In this document: in pieces, positions 25,819 through 26,262 of the stretch
Numbering within the stretch: the stretch's first letter is position 1
Layout: each line of letters opens with the position of its first letter
Assembly: GCA_051382335.1 (NCBI GenBank)
Contig: JBBCAX010000180.1
Span: 1-26,262, forward strand
Length of the DNA: 26,262 nt
From: Deltaproteobacteria bacterium TL4
Lineage (GTDB): Bacteria > SAR324 > NAC60-12
Direction of reading: 5' to 3'
Translations under genes and position numbers: made by a program
The notes under the pieces: model-generated
Database searches by the model: none
Told to the model about the DNA's origin: nothing
Seen by the model: only the letters and a program-made list of their open reading frames with translations

Positions 25819-26262
25819 ATGGATTCTAAAACGGCTATCAAAACACTACAAGCCTTTATTACGCAGCTTTGAGTCTAATACCCCGCCGCTTGCGGCGTTT
25901 TTAAAAAATAGACATTCCTTTGAATGCCCCGCCCGAAGGGTTCGAGCCTAAGCGAGAAGGGCTTGCCCCGGGGATTTTTACTCGGAAGTTAAAAAATCAA
26001 AAATTTTCTCAGCAAATTCACAAAGCCATTGAAAGGGCCAAAGCGGTGCTTTCTTTCTACAAAGGGTTAACTGCGGACGTAATCGCGACAGCCTTCAGCA
26101 TGAGTGAGAGGAGTATCAACCGTTGGATCAAAAAATTTTCGACCTTTGGAGTCGATTCTCTTTATGATGAAGAACGCGGTGGACGTCCGACCAAATTAAG
26201 TAAAGTCCAAGAAGAAGAGCTCAAACAAATCGTTGTTGAGCAAAATGGAAGAGTCTGGACAG
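25819..26262 (+). pseudogene. IS630-family transposase N-terminus (HTH), interrupted by a 122-bp insert; continues beyond the window
   Basis: RBS and ATG at 25819. After removing 25860-25981 it reads MDSKTAIKTLQAFIRKLKNQKF...RAKAVL...IATAFSMSERSINRWIKKFSTFGVDSLYDEERGGRPTKLS...RVWT, with the HTH, GRP and WT motifs of IS630. Confidence 0.85.
25860..25981. mobile_element. Non-autonomous palindromic mini-element (IS200/IS605-type MITE/PATE)
   Basis: Subterminal GC hairpins CGCCGC-TT-GCGGCG and CCCCG...GCTTGCCCCGGGG; follows TTTAT and ends TTTAC; no terminal inverted repeats; precise removal restores the IS630 frame. Confidence 0.8.

Overview
This is a bacterial chromosomal window. The split atpZ-I-B-E operon, signal-peptide-bearing F0 subunits, TerB-family proteins and DUF3334 suggest a deltaproteobacterial or SAR324-like lineage (inference only). 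The left half holds a 1408-aa 7TM-DISM hybrid histidine kinase with an unusual second, anti-sigma-kinase-like GHKL domain, followed by a minus-strand housekeeping run (bioB, bioF, SNase-like gene, yggS, yggT, panC, secA). The middle holds DUF3334/CheX-like, TerB-TM-FecR fusion, Tat-exported Acg-type nitroreductase, small 8-Cys secreted protein (behind a sigma54-type promoter), porin, F0 ATP synthase, beta-barrel, stand-alone TerB and glycine/RGG-rich RRM genes. The right end (about 23.96-26.26 kb) is a nested set of mobile-element remnants that the ORF track mostly misses. It contains an ORF-less, 5'-truncated group II intron remnant ending 40 nt upstream of the RRM start codon, a decayed ISAs1 end, an internally deleted IS1634 with both terminal inverted repeats, and an IS630 transposase disrupted by a 122-bp IS200/IS605-type palindromic mini-element whose removal restores the frame. 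All family calls come from reading motifs by eye; no database searches were run.
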